Virus record (IMG/VR): IMGVR_UViG_3300044971_004534 | Length of the DNA stretch: 64,000 nucleotides | Direction: 5' to 3' (one strand) | Source of the DNA: a virus | Part shown: positions 1 through 10,152 of the stretch, one piece after another | Layout: each line of letters starts with the position of its first letter | How positions within the stretch are numbered: position 1 is the first letter of the stretch | The notes under the pieces: generated by a model | What the model saw: only the letters and a program-made list of their open reading frames with translations | Database searches by the model: none | What the model was told of the DNA's origin: nothing | Translations under genes and position numbers: made by a program

Positions 1-87
1 TATCGTTGGAAGCTATTATGAAAAAGTTACTCGAGAAAAAACTCCATCCATGTACGATCCTGTAGAAAACGCAAAACTTGGAGCAGC

Positions 88-771
88 ATGTTAGACCCAA
101 ATGATTATGAATCTTGGCTGCTTCGTCATACCATGGATCAGTATGATCTTAAAGATCCATGGGAGGTAGTTGAAACTTTTGAAAACATCATTGCCAGCTA
201 CGCTGGTAGTAGATATGCAGTATCTGTTGACAATTGTACAGACGCTATGTTTTTGTGTCTTAAATATCTTAATGCAAATGGTATAATAGAAATACCAAAA
301 AGAACATATGTTTCTGTGCCATGCACAATTATAAATGCAGGATGTCAGGTTAAATTCAGTGACATAAGCTGGAGTGGTGCATATCAGCTTTTGCCATATC
401 CAGTTTATGATTCAGCTACTAGGATGAAGAGGGGTATGTACGTAGAGGATTCATATTATTGTTTATCTTTTCATAGGAGAAAGCATATTCCTATAGGTAA
501 GGGCGGAATGATATTGACTAATGACAAAAAAGCCTACGAATGGTTTAAAGTAGTTAGATACGAAGGCAGGCATATGGATCGTCTATACAAAGATGATCAT
601 TTTGATGCAATTGGATGGAATATGTACATGACTCCAGAGCAAGCTGCAAAAGGTATATTTTTGTTCGATAAACACGTAAAGGATGACAATCAAGATCTTG
701 AGACATCTGGAATACACAAAGATCTTTCTTTGTACCCGATTTTTACAAAATCTAATGACCGAGGAACTTAA
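88..771 (+). CDS. DegT/DnrJ/EryC1-like PLP-dependent sugar aminotransferase/dehydratase (short form)
   Basis: 227-aa ORF; 'FENIIASYAGSRYAVSVDNCTDAMFLCL' and 'SFHRRKHIPIGKGGMILTND' resemble DegT-family N-terminal and PLP-lysine motifs; shorter than typical members. Confidence 0.5.
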   Translation: MLDPNDYESWLLRHTMDQYDLKDPWEVVETFENIIASYAGSRYAVSVDNCTDAMFLCLKYLNANGIIEIPKRTYVSVPCTIINAGCQVKFSDISWSGAYQLLPYPVYDSATRMKRGMYVEDSYYCLSFHRRKHIPIGKGGMILTNDKKAYEWFKVVRYEGRHMDRLYKDDHFDAIGWNMYMTPEQAAKGIFLFDKHVKDDNQDLETSGIHKDLSLYPIFTKSNDRGT

Positions 772-776
772 GTGCT

Positions 777-1526
777 ATGTTTTCAAAAAAAGATGTAATA
801 AAAAAAATATTATTAACTGCTAGTGCAAGCAAAGAAGGTCACATACCTAGTGCTCTCTCTATATTAGATTTGCTTTACGTCATATATAGAGATTATGTAT
901 CTGTAGAAAAAGGTAGATTTGTTTTATCAAAAGGTCATGCGTCTATTGGCCTTTATGCAATACTTGATTATTTTAATATGCTTGAAGAAGATATTGGTAA
1001 TTTTTGCAAATTTGATTCCAAGCTTGGAGGCCATCCTTCATGTAGGCTAAAAAACGTAGAGTGCTCTACTGGTTCTCTTGGTCATGGTTTTCCTTTTGCG
1101 CTTGGCTTAGCAATGAGTCAAAAAATACAGGGCTCAAATAAGAAAATATTTACTATCATAGGAGATGGTGAGGCTAACGAGGGCACTATATGGGAAACTG
1201 CTTTGCTTGCCAGTCATCACAAGGTCGGCAATCTTTGCTGCATATTAGATCATAATCATTCTACAGACAGAGCTTTAGATATTGGAGACATGATTAAAAA
1301 ATTTAAATCATTTGGATGGATTTGCAGCAAAGTACATGGTCACGATCTTGTTAAGATATCAAAAGTTCTTGCAAAGTCAGATGTAGAAAAGCCACATTTC
1401 GTGCTAGCTCATACGATAAAAGGCAAGGGTATAAAATGTATGGAAAGCAATCCAGAGTGGCACCATAAGTCTCCAACTGCCAGCGACTGTGAGAATATAA
1501 TCAAGGAATTATATGACAGCATCTAA
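777..1526 (+). CDS. transketolase, N-terminal (thiamine-diphosphate-binding) subunit
   Basis: 'LSKGHASIGLYA', 'STGSLGHGFPFALGLA', 'GDGEANEGTIWE', 'LDHN' motifs of the N-terminal half of split transketolases. Confidence 0.85.
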   Translation: MFSKKDVIKKILLTASASKEGHIPSALSILDLLYVIYRDYVSVEKGRFVLSKGHASIGLYAILDYFNMLEEDIGNFCKFDSKLGGHPSCRLKNVECSTGSLGHGFPFALGLAMSQKIQGSNKKIFTIIGDGEANEGTIWETALLASHHKVGNLCCILDHNHSTDRALDIGDMIKKFKSFGWICSKVHGHDLVKISKVLAKSDVEKPHFVLAHTIKGKGIKCMESNPEWHHKSPTASDCENIIKELYDSI

Positions 1527-2358
1527 AAGCTTAATTATTAATACCAGAGAATATGGAATGTTCTCTAGTTTGTTTCAAATTATAGATAATCTAAAATTCT
1601 GTGAAATGAACAACATGAAACCAATATTGAATATTGGTGAAAAGTTTCTTTACCGCGATGGGCCGGAAAATCCATGGACTCATTATTTTAAGCCCATCAA
1701 TGACGGCAAGCCCGAGGGCGAAGTGTTTGAGGTTTCTCAGCTTACCACTACTGCTAACTTCTTTTTAGAAAACTATATAATGGCTCAGCCTTCGATTCAT
1801 GATTACCGATTAAAACTCTGGAACATGATAGCGGACAGAGACGATCTTCTTGCGCATCGTCAAGAAATAAAGTCGATGCTAGATAAGTACGTAAAACCAC
1901 TGCCAGTTATAACTGAAGAAGTGCAAAAATTTGCCAAAAAGAATTTTAAAGGTAACAGTGTATTGTCTGTTCACATAAGAAGTACAGATTATAAATTTGT
2001 CAACTTACCTTTGCTTATAGATAGAATTGATAAGATACAAAAGCAGAACAATTATAAGAAAATATTTGTTGCTTCTGATAGCTTAGAGGCAATTATGGGA
2101 ATTTATAATGCTTTTCCTAATGTGTGTTATTACGAAACAGGTCTAAGGTGTGAAAAGATTGATTCTCCAAAGCCTTTGTGTCATATTGTTTTTGGTCAAG
2201 ATAAAATAAAGCACGGGAGAGATGCTATCATAGAGTGCTTGCTTCTCTCTAAAGGAAAAGAGATAGTTTGTATCAACTCAAATGTTGCTGGTATGGCATG
2301 TTATTTAAATCCACAAATGAAAATACACTTAATGTGGAGGCAAATTCATGGGGGATAA
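1513..2358 (+). CDS. putative glycosyltransferase (fucosyltransferase-like HxRxxD motif)
   Basis: 281-aa ORF overlapping upstream stop; 'SVHIRSTDYKF' and 'IFVASDS' resemble motifs of the GT11-like gene at 11981-12760; family unresolved. Confidence 0.35.
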   Translation: MTASKSLIINTREYGMFSSLFQIIDNLKFCEMNNMKPILNIGEKFLYRDGPENPWTHYFKPINDGKPEGEVFEVSQLTTTANFFLENYIMAQPSIHDYRLKLWNMIADRDDLLAHRQEIKSMLDKYVKPLPVITEEVQKFAKKNFKGNSVLSVHIRSTDYKFVNLPLLIDRIDKIQKQNNYKKIFVASDSLEAIMGIYNAFPNVCYYETGLRCEKIDSPKPLCHIVFGQDKIKHGRDAIIECLLLSKGKEIVCINSNVAGMACYLNPQMKIHLMWRQIHGG

Positions 2359-2992
2359 AATGGAAGCAATTGAAATATCTGAAATTATTGATAATTTAAA
2401 ACAAAAAAGAGGATCGTTTCATTCATCTCCATGTCAGACTGATGAAGAGTTTTTAGTCATTGCTGACATAGTGCAAAAGTGTAATCATTTGCATGGAGAG
2501 TTTGCCGAAATAGGAGCCTACGAAGGTTTTACTAGTGAATTTATTTTGCGTTTAAAAAACAAAGACAAGGCCATATTTTTATGTGACACTTTCGAAGGAC
2601 TTGCAGATGTTGGCGATGAAGATAAGTCATTGTGCATTCCTAATGGACTTTTAAGGGTAGACTTTCAGCGATTTAATTCTACAAATGATTTTTGCAATAA
2701 CCAAAATGTTTTTATTATTAAAGGTTACTTCCCAGAATCAGCAACAGAAGAAATGAATCGGTCTAGATATGCTTTTGTTCACATAGATACAGACACATAT
2801 TTATCAACTTTAAAAAGCCTAGAATACTTCTATCCGAAAATGGTAAATGGAGGTATTATAATAGTTCATGATTACAGAAATCATACGGGAACATTGGGGG
2901 TAAAAAAAGCAGTAGATAGCTTTATGATCGATAAAGAAGATGCTCTTTCAACTAGAGGTGATACAACTCAAGGAATTATTACGAAGATATAA
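2348..2992 (+). CDS. TylF/macrocin-type SAM-dependent sugar O-methyltransferase
   Basis: 'EFAEIGAYEGFTSEF' (motif I-like) and 'HIDTDTYLSTLKSLEYFYPKMVNGGIIIVHDY'. Confidence 0.65.
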   Translation: MGDKMEAIEISEIIDNLKQKRGSFHSSPCQTDEEFLVIADIVQKCNHLHGEFAEIGAYEGFTSEFILRLKNKDKAIFLCDTFEGLADVGDEDKSLCIPNGLLRVDFQRFNSTNDFCNNQNVFIIKGYFPESATEEMNRSRYAFVHIDTDTYLSTLKSLEYFYPKMVNGGIIIVHDYRNHTGTLGVKKAVDSFMIDKEDALSTRGDTTQGIITKI

Positions 2993-2993
2993 T

Positions 2994-3872
2994 ATGAGAA
3001 AACAATTTGTAAAATCAATGAAAGAAATACTGTATGGAAATGATAAGTCCATACTTTTGCTTGGAGACATAGGCGTATTTGGTTTTAGAGAAGAGCTCAA
3101 AAATATACCAGACCGAGCATACAATATAGGCATACTTGAGCAGGCAACCGTTAGTTTAGCCGCTGGAATGGCTCGTGGAGGATTGATACCCTTCATACAC
3201 ACTATAGCTCCATTTATGGTTGAAAGAGCTTTAGAACAAATTAAGGTAGACTTTGGTTATCAAGAATTGAACGGCAATTTGATCAGTGTGGGTGCTTCTT
3301 ATGATTATGCTGGATTAGGATGCACTCATCATTGCCCAGGAGACATTCAAGCTCTTATGAGTATACCAAATATTAATATATTTGTGCCAGGGTCTTCTCA
3401 AGAGTTTGACATTTTATTGAAGCATTTTTACTTACAATCTATACCTAAATACTTTAGGTTAAGTGAGCATGAAAATCAGCAAACATATCACTGCAGTCCA
3501 GGAAGTGCTACCGTGTTGAAAAATGGAACATTAGCGACAATAGTAGTTTATGGTCCGATGTGTGACAGCGTTTTAAAGGCATGCGAAAATATTGATGTGT
3601 GTATATTGTACTATAATTCCATTTTGCCTTTTGATGGCAGTACACTTGTAAATAACTTTAATGAAACAATCATAGTGTGCGAGCCTTTTTATTGTGGTTC
3701 AACCAATTACCTTATAAATAATGCTCTAAAAAATAAAAAATATAGCATATCTAACATAGGAGTTCCGCGCCATTTCCTTCATAATTATGGCGATAAAAAG
3801 CAGCACGATCAACATTTAATGCTTGATGTAGAAGGTATAAGAAAGAGAGTAGAAGAATGCTTGAAATTATAA
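2994..3872 (+). CDS. transketolase, C-terminal (pyrimidine-binding) subunit
   Basis: ATG 2994 chosen (2 nt after upstream stop; track ORF begins 2940); 'GILEQATVSLAAGMA', 'GCTHHCPGDIQALMSIPNINIFVPGS'. Confidence 0.85.
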   Translation: MRKQFVKSMKEILYGNDKSILLLGDIGVFGFREELKNIPDRAYNIGILEQATVSLAAGMARGGLIPFIHTIAPFMVERALEQIKVDFGYQELNGNLISVGASYDYAGLGCTHHCPGDIQALMSIPNINIFVPGSSQEFDILLKHFYLQSIPKYFRLSEHENQQTYHCSPGSATVLKNGTLATIVVYGPMCDSVLKACENIDVCILYYNSILPFDGSTLVNNFNETIIVCEPFYCGSTNYLINNALKNKKYSISNIGVPRHFLHNYGDKKQHDQHLMLDVEGIRKRVEECLKL

Positions 3873-4894
3873 ATGAAGAATGCTCTAAAATAGTAGAGAA
3901 AATAGATTTTTCAAAGTTAAGAGGAAAAAGAATACTAATAACTGGGGCTTCAGGTATTGTCGGTGTGTATATGCTTTCGTGCCTTCAGGAGGTAAAAAAG
4001 AAATACAACATAGATATTTTTTGCTGGGTTAATAATGATATTGAATCAGTTTTCCAGCCTTTGTTCAAAGACTGTGCAATCATAAAGGGAGACATTTGTG
4101 ATGACAAATTGCTAGATGCTGTTTTTTCAGATTTATGTGAAAACCATTTAAGTGGATTTGATTTGATTATACACGCTGCTGGTTATGCTCAGCCTAACAA
4201 ATTTTTAGAAAACAAGGTCAAAACTATACAGCTAAATACAACTTCAACAGTGAAGTTATTTAACATGCTTAACAAGGGTGGATCTTTTGTTTTTATGAGC
4301 ACAAGTGAGCTGTACAGTGGAATAGATCATGACAACATATCTGAAGCTGACATAGGAACTTCCTCTACAAACCATCCCAGATCTTGCTATATAGAGGGGA
4401 AGAGATGCGGAGAAGCTATATGTCATGCATTTTGCAATGAAGATGCAAAAGTAAAAATTATTAGATTAAGTTTAGCGTATGGTCCTGGAACAAAGAAAAA
4501 TGATCAAAGAGTTTTGAATTCTCTTTTTCAAAAAGCATTTGAAAATGGTAAAATTAATTTGCTTGATAGTGGATCTTCAATGAGAACATATGGATACATA
4601 TCTGATATTATAGAAATGATATGGAATATATCTCTCTTTGGTAAAGAGATTGTGTATAACGTTGCAGGCGAATCAAGAACGACAATCTTAGATTTGGCAA
4701 AACAAATTGCTGGTCTTACAAATGTAGAGTTAACAGCTCCGCAAGATGATGCATCTCAGTTGGCTGGTGTGCCAAAAAATGTTAATTTAAGTTTGCAAAG
4801 ATACTGCAGTGAATTTAGTAAGCCAAATTTTGTATCTTTAGAGGATGGACTCAAAAAGACCATGGAGTGGCAGAGAGGAATTTATGTCAAATAA
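3857..4894 (+). CDS. NAD-dependent sugar epimerase/dehydratase (extended SDR)
   Basis: 'ILITGASGIVGVYM' Rossmann motif and 'YIEGKRCGE' YxxxK. Confidence 0.8.
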   Translation: MLEIINEECSKIVEKIDFSKLRGKRILITGASGIVGVYMLSCLQEVKKKYNIDIFCWVNNDIESVFQPLFKDCAIIKGDICDDKLLDAVFSDLCENHLSGFDLIIHAAGYAQPNKFLENKVKTIQLNTTSTVKLFNMLNKGGSFVFMSTSELYSGIDHDNISEADIGTSSTNHPRSCYIEGKRCGEAICHAFCNEDAKVKIIRLSLAYGPGTKKNDQRVLNSLFQKAFENGKINLLDSGSSMRTYGYISDIIEMIWNISLFGKEIVYNVAGESRTTILDLAKQIAGLTNVELTAPQDDASQLAGVPKNVNLSLQRYCSEFSKPNFVSLEDGLKKTMEWQRGIYVK

Positions 4895-5801
4895 GATAAC
4901 CGCAGAGGACATATCAAACATACTTGGGTTTGAGATCTCAGAACTCACAGCCAAAATGGTTGAGAATTTTGATTTACAATATGAAAATCTCACAGAAAAA
5001 GAAATGGATGACTACCTCATTAGGGTTACGGATGTTCTTACTGGAGATATAGTAAAAAGCGGATCTCATCGTATAGATGACTGGGAAAAAGGTTGGGGAG
5101 AAAATCTTGAGCTATACAGGAAGACTCGTGATATAAATGCACTTATACCAAAGTATCACTGTAAGAATAGGTTTGTTAGATGGATGGGCAATATAGTTAA
5201 TCCTATTACTCCGGCATTTGACTACAAGATACACATATGCTTTATAGACGCTATATTGCATCATTATCTAAAAGATGGCTACGGGAGTGTATATGAGTTT
5301 GGCTGCGGTCCTGGCTATCACCTTTTGAGGCTTCGGGAATCTCGTCCAGATTTGAATCTTACAGGCCTAGACTGGGCTACTTCCTCTCAGGAATTGATTG
5401 CCGAGATAAGCAAGTCTCTGTCAAAACCAATAGGGGCTCACAGGCTTGATTTCTTTAAGCCAGACTATAGTTTTGACATAGATCCAAATAGTATTGCGTA
5501 TACAGTTGCTGCTCTTGAGCAAACAGGAAGTAACTATGTTAAGTTCGTTGATTACTTACTTGACAAAAAGCCAAGCCTGTGCATCAATATGGAGCCTATT
5601 GCAGAATTGCTAGATGATTCTAGTCTGATAGACAATCTTTCTATAAAATACTTCAGAAAAAGAAATTATCTGCATGAGTATTTGATACATCTTGAATGGC
5701 TTGAAAGCATTGGCAAGATAAAGATTATAGATAAGAGAAGAATTTGGAGCGGAAGCTACTTTATAGAGGGTCACTCTCTCGTAGTGTGGAAGCCTCTTTA
5801 A
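4884..5801 (+). CDS. class I SAM-dependent methyltransferase
   Basis: ATG 4884 (11-nt overlap with upstream gene; track ORF begins 4845); 'VYEFGCGPGYHLLRL' SAM motif I. Confidence 0.55.
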   Translation: MSNKITAEDISNILGFEISELTAKMVENFDLQYENLTEKEMDDYLIRVTDVLTGDIVKSGSHRIDDWEKGWGENLELYRKTRDINALIPKYHCKNRFVRWMGNIVNPITPAFDYKIHICFIDAILHHYLKDGYGSVYEFGCGPGYHLLRLRESRPDLNLTGLDWATSSQELIAEISKSLSKPIGAHRLDFFKPDYSFDIDPNSIAYTVAALEQTGSNYVKFVDYLLDKKPSLCINMEPIAELLDDSSLIDNLSIKYFRKRNYLHEYLIHLEWLESIGKIKIIDKRRIWSGSYFIEGHSLVVWKPL

Positions 5802-6701
5802 TTAGCTGCCCAATATATCATTCATAATAATTTTTATTGGATTATAATGATTGAGATATAAATCTTTTGAATGATCAAGACTATAGTCTTTAAGTGATTT
5901 ATTGCTGTTAATAATTTGTTTAATGCGTTCTATTTCTCTGCCGTCGTACTCTATGTATTCGCAAGCGTTCGGATAGAACTTTTCTATATCTCTATGGCCG
6001 TTGTAAATTGGAATGGTGTTACACAAAACTGCATCAATAAATTTTTCACTTATATTACCACTTATTGAAGAATTTTCTAAACATATTGTATATTTATAGT
6101 CAATGATGCCGTGCATTTTATTTGCGAGTGGACCCTTGTATCTTTGATCATTTAAGTTCCAAGATCTACCATACATATCAAAATCTATATCTGAGTTTAA
6201 TAGTTTTGTAACAAGATCTTTTCTTTTGTTATAGTTTGTAAATGATCTTGAATCATATGGAGCATTAGAAACTATAATAGACAACTGTTTACTTTTTTCA
6301 ATAGGCTTTTTAATAACTTCTCTAGTCGTTCCTGGAACGCAATTAATTTCTCCACTTCCATCTGGATTCGCATTATATAGCCTATGTGTTCCTAGCAAGG
6401 GAGACCATATTGTTCTACCGCTTTGATATTTTTCTGGCTGATACGTCACTATCTTTTTACAGTAGTTGAGCATATTTTTATCAAAATTTTCAGACCAATA
6501 TGGCTCTATTACAATTCCATACGTGCATTCTTGATTAATTCTATATCTGCTGTTGTCAACAGAATTTAATATAACCAAGTGCGTATAATCGTCTTGGTAG
6601 GTTAAATTGTCACTGTATAATCCATCTATATTCCATATGTCATTAATAAAGGCATATATATTATAATCACTATTCCAGTATGCTACAAATTTTATCTTCA
6701 T
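5802..6701 (-). CDS. GT10-like alpha-1,3/4-fucosyltransferase
   Basis: 'YKYTICLENSSISGNISEKFIDAVLCNTIPIY' matches the GT10 ENS...EK...IP signature. Confidence 0.65.
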   Translation of the reverse strand: MKIKFVAYWNSDYNIYAFINDIWNIDGLYSDNLTYQDDYTHLVILNSVDNSRYRINQECTYGIVIEPYWSENFDKNMLNYCKKIVTYQPEKYQSGRTIWSPLLGTHRLYNANPDGSGEINCVPGTTREVIKKPIEKSKQLSIIVSNAPYDSRSFTNYNKRKDLVTKLLNSDIDFDMYGRSWNLNDQRYKGPLANKMHGIIDYKYTICLENSSISGNISEKFIDAVLCNTIPIYNGHRDIEKFYPNACEYIEYDGREIERIKQIINSNKSLKDYSLDHSKDLYLNHYNPIKIIMNDILGS

Positions 6702-6705
6702 TTTA

Positions 6706-7338
6706 TTAAGGCTTACCTTGTATTTCGCTTTGATATTTACCGTTTTGAGAACCTTGTGTTATGAATCCAGGCTCATACCAGTAGACTGTTGTATTTAGTT
6801 TAATAAATCTGTAATTTAAATCCCAATCTATGGGTAAATATGCTCTCGTTTCTTTCATGTCTTCATATATCTTTCTTGCAGCTAATGGGTGTATCATCAT
6901 GCTGTCTGTGCATTTAGATTTTAGTCTGTTATTGTTCTTTACAAATCCTTGTCCATCAACCTTTAAGCCACAGCATGTTCCAAAAAAGCAAAACTCCCAG
7001 TCTTCAGGTATTGAATTAAAATTGTGGACAAAATTATCAAGTTCTGATGGATTGAATATTACGTCATCTTCTAGAATCATTGCAGGCTCTCCGCTATCTG
7101 CTATCTTTTTAAAAGTTCTAAATTGCTTATGTATTAGAGACCTGTTGCCATTATTGATTTCTACTTTAGGAAAATCTTCTGGTAGTATATTTTTTTCTTC
7201 CATCGTAGAAAAATGTATTTCACTATGTTCAAACATAACTATTTCAAGATCTTCAACAAAATTACATTGCATAATTAATTCAATCACATTGTTCAATCTC
7301 TCTTTAAAACCCTTGCGGTGCATCAAATATACCTTCAT
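6706..7338 (-). CDS. GT25-like glycosyltransferase
   Basis: 'ILEDDVIF' and size/layout like the clearer GT25 gene at 13539-14153. Confidence 0.45.
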   Translation of the reverse strand: MKVYLMHRKGFKERLNNVIELIMQCNFVEDLEIVMFEHSEIHFSTMEEKNILPEDFPKVEINNGNRSLIHKQFRTFKKIADSGEPAMILEDDVIFNPSELDNFVHNFNSIPEDWEFCFFGTCCGLKVDGQGFVKNNNRLKSKCTDSMMIHPLAARKIYEDMKETRAYLPIDWDLNYRFIKLNTTVYWYEPGFITQGSQNGKYQSEIQGKP

Positions 7339-7459
7339 ATGCTTGCCTCCTTAAGTGCATAATTTATAATACAATTTTTTATCATATAACATTAGTTAAT
7401 AATTGATAATTTTATTATTTATCGATAAATATGACGAAATAGTTGTACAAGAGAGTTTT

Positions 7460-8293
7460 ATGATCCTATCTATATTGGTTCCAGGCAAAAATGATAATTT
7501 TAGATATAATGGTTCAAAAACCATAGAGTTTAACATACATCAAACATTAGATAATATAGAAAAATCTAAGATAAAAGACGTAGAGCTTGTGTTGTGCGAT
7601 TGGGGCAGTGAAGTAAAAATTATTGATAAAATATCAAACAAAAGAAAAAATTTTAAATGCGTATATGTACCTCCAGATATAGCAAAAAAATATAATGGAC
7701 AAGCTAATTACTCTATAGTGCATCCCATCAATACAGCTTTTAGAAATAGCTCTGGAAAATATGTATGTTTTTGGGATTCTGATTGTTTTGTTTTACTAGA
7801 TAGTTTTTTAAAGTTATATGAATTTGTTCAGCAAATGGAATCTACCCAAGATATGCATTTTTATTGGGGTTCTAGATTTAATATCCCGTATGAACAGTAT
7901 AACGAAATGCAGTCGCATAGTGAATTAGTTGCAAAAATAAAAAGTGGAATACAGGTTTATCATGACAAGATAGCTGGCGGTGGTAAATTTATGGGGGCTT
8001 CAATATCTTTACTTATGAATAGGCATCTCTGGGAAGACAGTACGGGTTGGTATGAAAATTTGCCTTATTGGGGCTGGCAAGACATTGAATTTCATCATCG
8101 TTTGATGAAAAGATATAGCTATGGTGGAGATCTAGAGGATTGGGGTATGCAATTTTTCCATCTTTTACAGCCAGCAAAAAATGATGGAAACAAAAATAAA
8201 CACTTAATGAATCCATCAATAAACGCAACTTTTTTTAGAGCTAATCCGCCAAGTTGGGGTTTAGCAAATGAGAAATTGGAGATAATAGAATGA
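7460..8293 (+). CDS. GT-A fold (GT2-like) glycosyltransferase
   Basis: ATG 7460 preferred over TTG 7403; 'LSILVPGKND' N-terminus, 'FWDSDCF' DxD-like motif. Confidence 0.45.
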   Translation: MILSILVPGKNDNFRYNGSKTIEFNIHQTLDNIEKSKIKDVELVLCDWGSEVKIIDKISNKRKNFKCVYVPPDIAKKYNGQANYSIVHPINTAFRNSSGKYVCFWDSDCFVLLDSFLKLYEFVQQMESTQDMHFYWGSRFNIPYEQYNEMQSHSELVAKIKSGIQVYHDKIAGGGKFMGASISLLMNRHLWEDSTGWYENLPYWGWQDIEFHHRLMKRYSYGGDLEDWGMQFFHLLQPAKNDGNKNKHLMNPSINATFFRANPPSWGLANEKLEIIE

Positions 8294-9195
8294 ATACTTT
8301 AATTACAGGCGGCAGAGGTCTTTTGGGCAGTGCATTTAATTTTGGACATAAGCCTTCTAAGGAAGAACTGAACTGTTTGCAATATGATAATTTAAGAAGC
8401 TATATAAAAAATAATAGCATAGACTCTATTGTGCACGCAGCAGCAAGAGTAGGTGGGGTAAAAGCAAATACGGATTTCGTTTACGATTTTTTTGCTGATA
8501 ATATTTCTATGAGCGTTAATGTAATGAACGCGTGTAGAGAATTTGAAATAAAGAGGGCAATTTTTATTGTTTCCACATGCGCATTTCCAGTGAGTGCCCC
8601 TTTACCCCTTGCTGAATCGTCTTTGCATTGTGGAGAGCCACATCATACTAATTTCGGATATGCATATGCAAAGAGGATGCTTGAGGTTGGTTCAAGAGCG
8701 CTCAGACAACAGTATGGAATAAACAGTTCATGTGTAATACCATGCAATTTATATGGTGAGCATGACAGTTATAATTTACAGAGTGGGCACGTTATTCCTA
8801 GTCTTGTGCATAAATGTTGGATAGCCAAAAATACCAACTCAACACTTGAAATATGGGGAAGTGGTAAGGCGGAAAGAGAATTTATATATGTAAACGATTT
8901 TGCTAGCATTATAGACAAGCTTATAAATGAAAAACCATATATCCCAGAAACAATGATCATATCTCCAGGAATTACTTATACTATTGAGGAAATAGTTCAT
9001 CATATAGTAAAAATATTTAAATTTGAAGGTAAAGTTTTCTTTGATAAGAGTAAGCCAGAGGGAATAATGAAGAAAAATTCTAATAACTCTATTTTTAGAA
9101 AATATTTTGAAGACTTCAAGTTTACAGATTTAGATACAGGTCTTTCTAATTCTATAGAATATTTTGTAAAAAACTATGATACATTGAGAAAGTAA
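8290..9195 (+). CDS. fcl: GDP-L-fucose synthase (GDP-4-keto-6-deoxymannose 3,5-epimerase/4-reductase)
   Basis: 'LITGGRGLLGSA', 'HAAARVGGVKAN', 'STCAFP', 'GYAYAKRM', 'NLYGEHD', 'GHVIPSL' colinear with Fcl/WcaG. Confidence 0.75.
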   Translation: MNTLITGGRGLLGSAFNFGHKPSKEELNCLQYDNLRSYIKNNSIDSIVHAAARVGGVKANTDFVYDFFADNISMSVNVMNACREFEIKRAIFIVSTCAFPVSAPLPLAESSLHCGEPHHTNFGYAYAKRMLEVGSRALRQQYGINSSCVIPCNLYGEHDSYNLQSGHVIPSLVHKCWIAKNTNSTLEIWGSGKAEREFIYVNDFASIIDKLINEKPYIPETMIISPGITYTIEEIVHHIVKIFKFEGKVFFDKSKPEGIMKKNSNNSIFRKYFEDFKFTDLDTGLSNSIEYFVKNYDTLRK

Positions 9196-9201
9196 AATTT
9201 A

Positions 9202-10143
9202 ATGAAAACTCTTGTAACGGGTGGTGCTGGATTTATTGGTTCTAACTTAGTTGATGCATTAATCAAAAATGGCCATGAAGTCACAGTTATAGATAATGAA
9301 TCATCTGATGCTCATGATCATTTTTATTGGAATTCAGAAGCAAAAAATTACAAGTATGATATAAACGACTACGAATCAGTTCTGAGACTATACGAAGGTG
9401 TCGATACTGTTTTTCACTTGGCAGCAGAAGCTCGAATTCAGCCATGCATAGTCGATCCATTGAAGGCAGTAAAGGCAAATATGCTTGGCACAGCGACGGT
9501 GCTTCAGTGCTCTCGTGTATGTGGAGTAAGGCGTGTTATATACTCTTCTACCTCATCAGCATATGGTCTCAGTAACACCCCACCTCTTGTTGAAACGATG
9601 CCAAATGACTGTCTTAACCCCTATTCAGTCACCAAAACAGGTGGAGAAGAGTTGTGTAAAATGTACTCTAAACTTTACGGTTTAGAAACAATCATTTTTA
9701 GATATTTTAATGTGTATGGTGAGCGTCAGCCATTGCGTGGGCAGTATGCTCCGGTCATAGGGATATTTCTTCGTCAAAGATCTGCTGGTCAACCAATGAC
9801 GATTGTAGGGGATGGGGAGCAACGGCGAGATTTTACGCATGTCAGTGACGTAGTAGAGGCAAATATTCATGCTCTATCTTTTGTTGCTCCAGAATACAAT
9901 GTCATCGAAAAAGGCTCTTGTAAAACTTATACTGGATGGGAATGGGGTCAAGTATATAACATAGGTACTGGGAAAAATCATTCTATTAATGAAATAGCTT
10001 CACTTATGGGTGGACCTATATCTCACATTCCGCCGCGCCTTGGTGAATCCAGGATAACTTTAGCAGATTCAGGTAAGGCCCTAGCGCAATTGGGATGGAA
10101 GCCAAAAGTACGCCTTGAAGATTGGATACTCAAAAATAGATAA
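9202..10143 (+). CDS. NAD-dependent nucleotide-sugar epimerase (GalE/WbpP-type SDR)
   Basis: 'LVTGGAGFIGSNLVDAL', 'YSVTKTGGE' YxxxK, 'RYFNVYGERQ'. Confidence 0.8.
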   Translation: MKTLVTGGAGFIGSNLVDALIKNGHEVTVIDNESSDAHDHFYWNSEAKNYKYDINDYESVLRLYEGVDTVFHLAAEARIQPCIVDPLKAVKANMLGTATVLQCSRVCGVRRVIYSSTSSAYGLSNTPPLVETMPNDCLNPYSVTKTGGEELCKMYSKLYGLETIIFRYFNVYGERQPLRGQYAPVIGIFLRQRSAGQPMTIVGDGEQRRDFTHVSDVVEANIHALSFVAPEYNVIEKGSCKTYTGWEWGQVYNIGTGKNHSINEIASLMGGPISHIPPRLGESRITLADSGKALAQLGWKPKVRLEDWILKNR

Positions 10144-10152
10144 AGAGAAAAA

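Noticed and set aside
6830-7354. 174-aa + strand ORF
   Set aside because: It is antisense to the GT25-like gene 6706-7338 and is a hydrophobic, low-complexity shadow.
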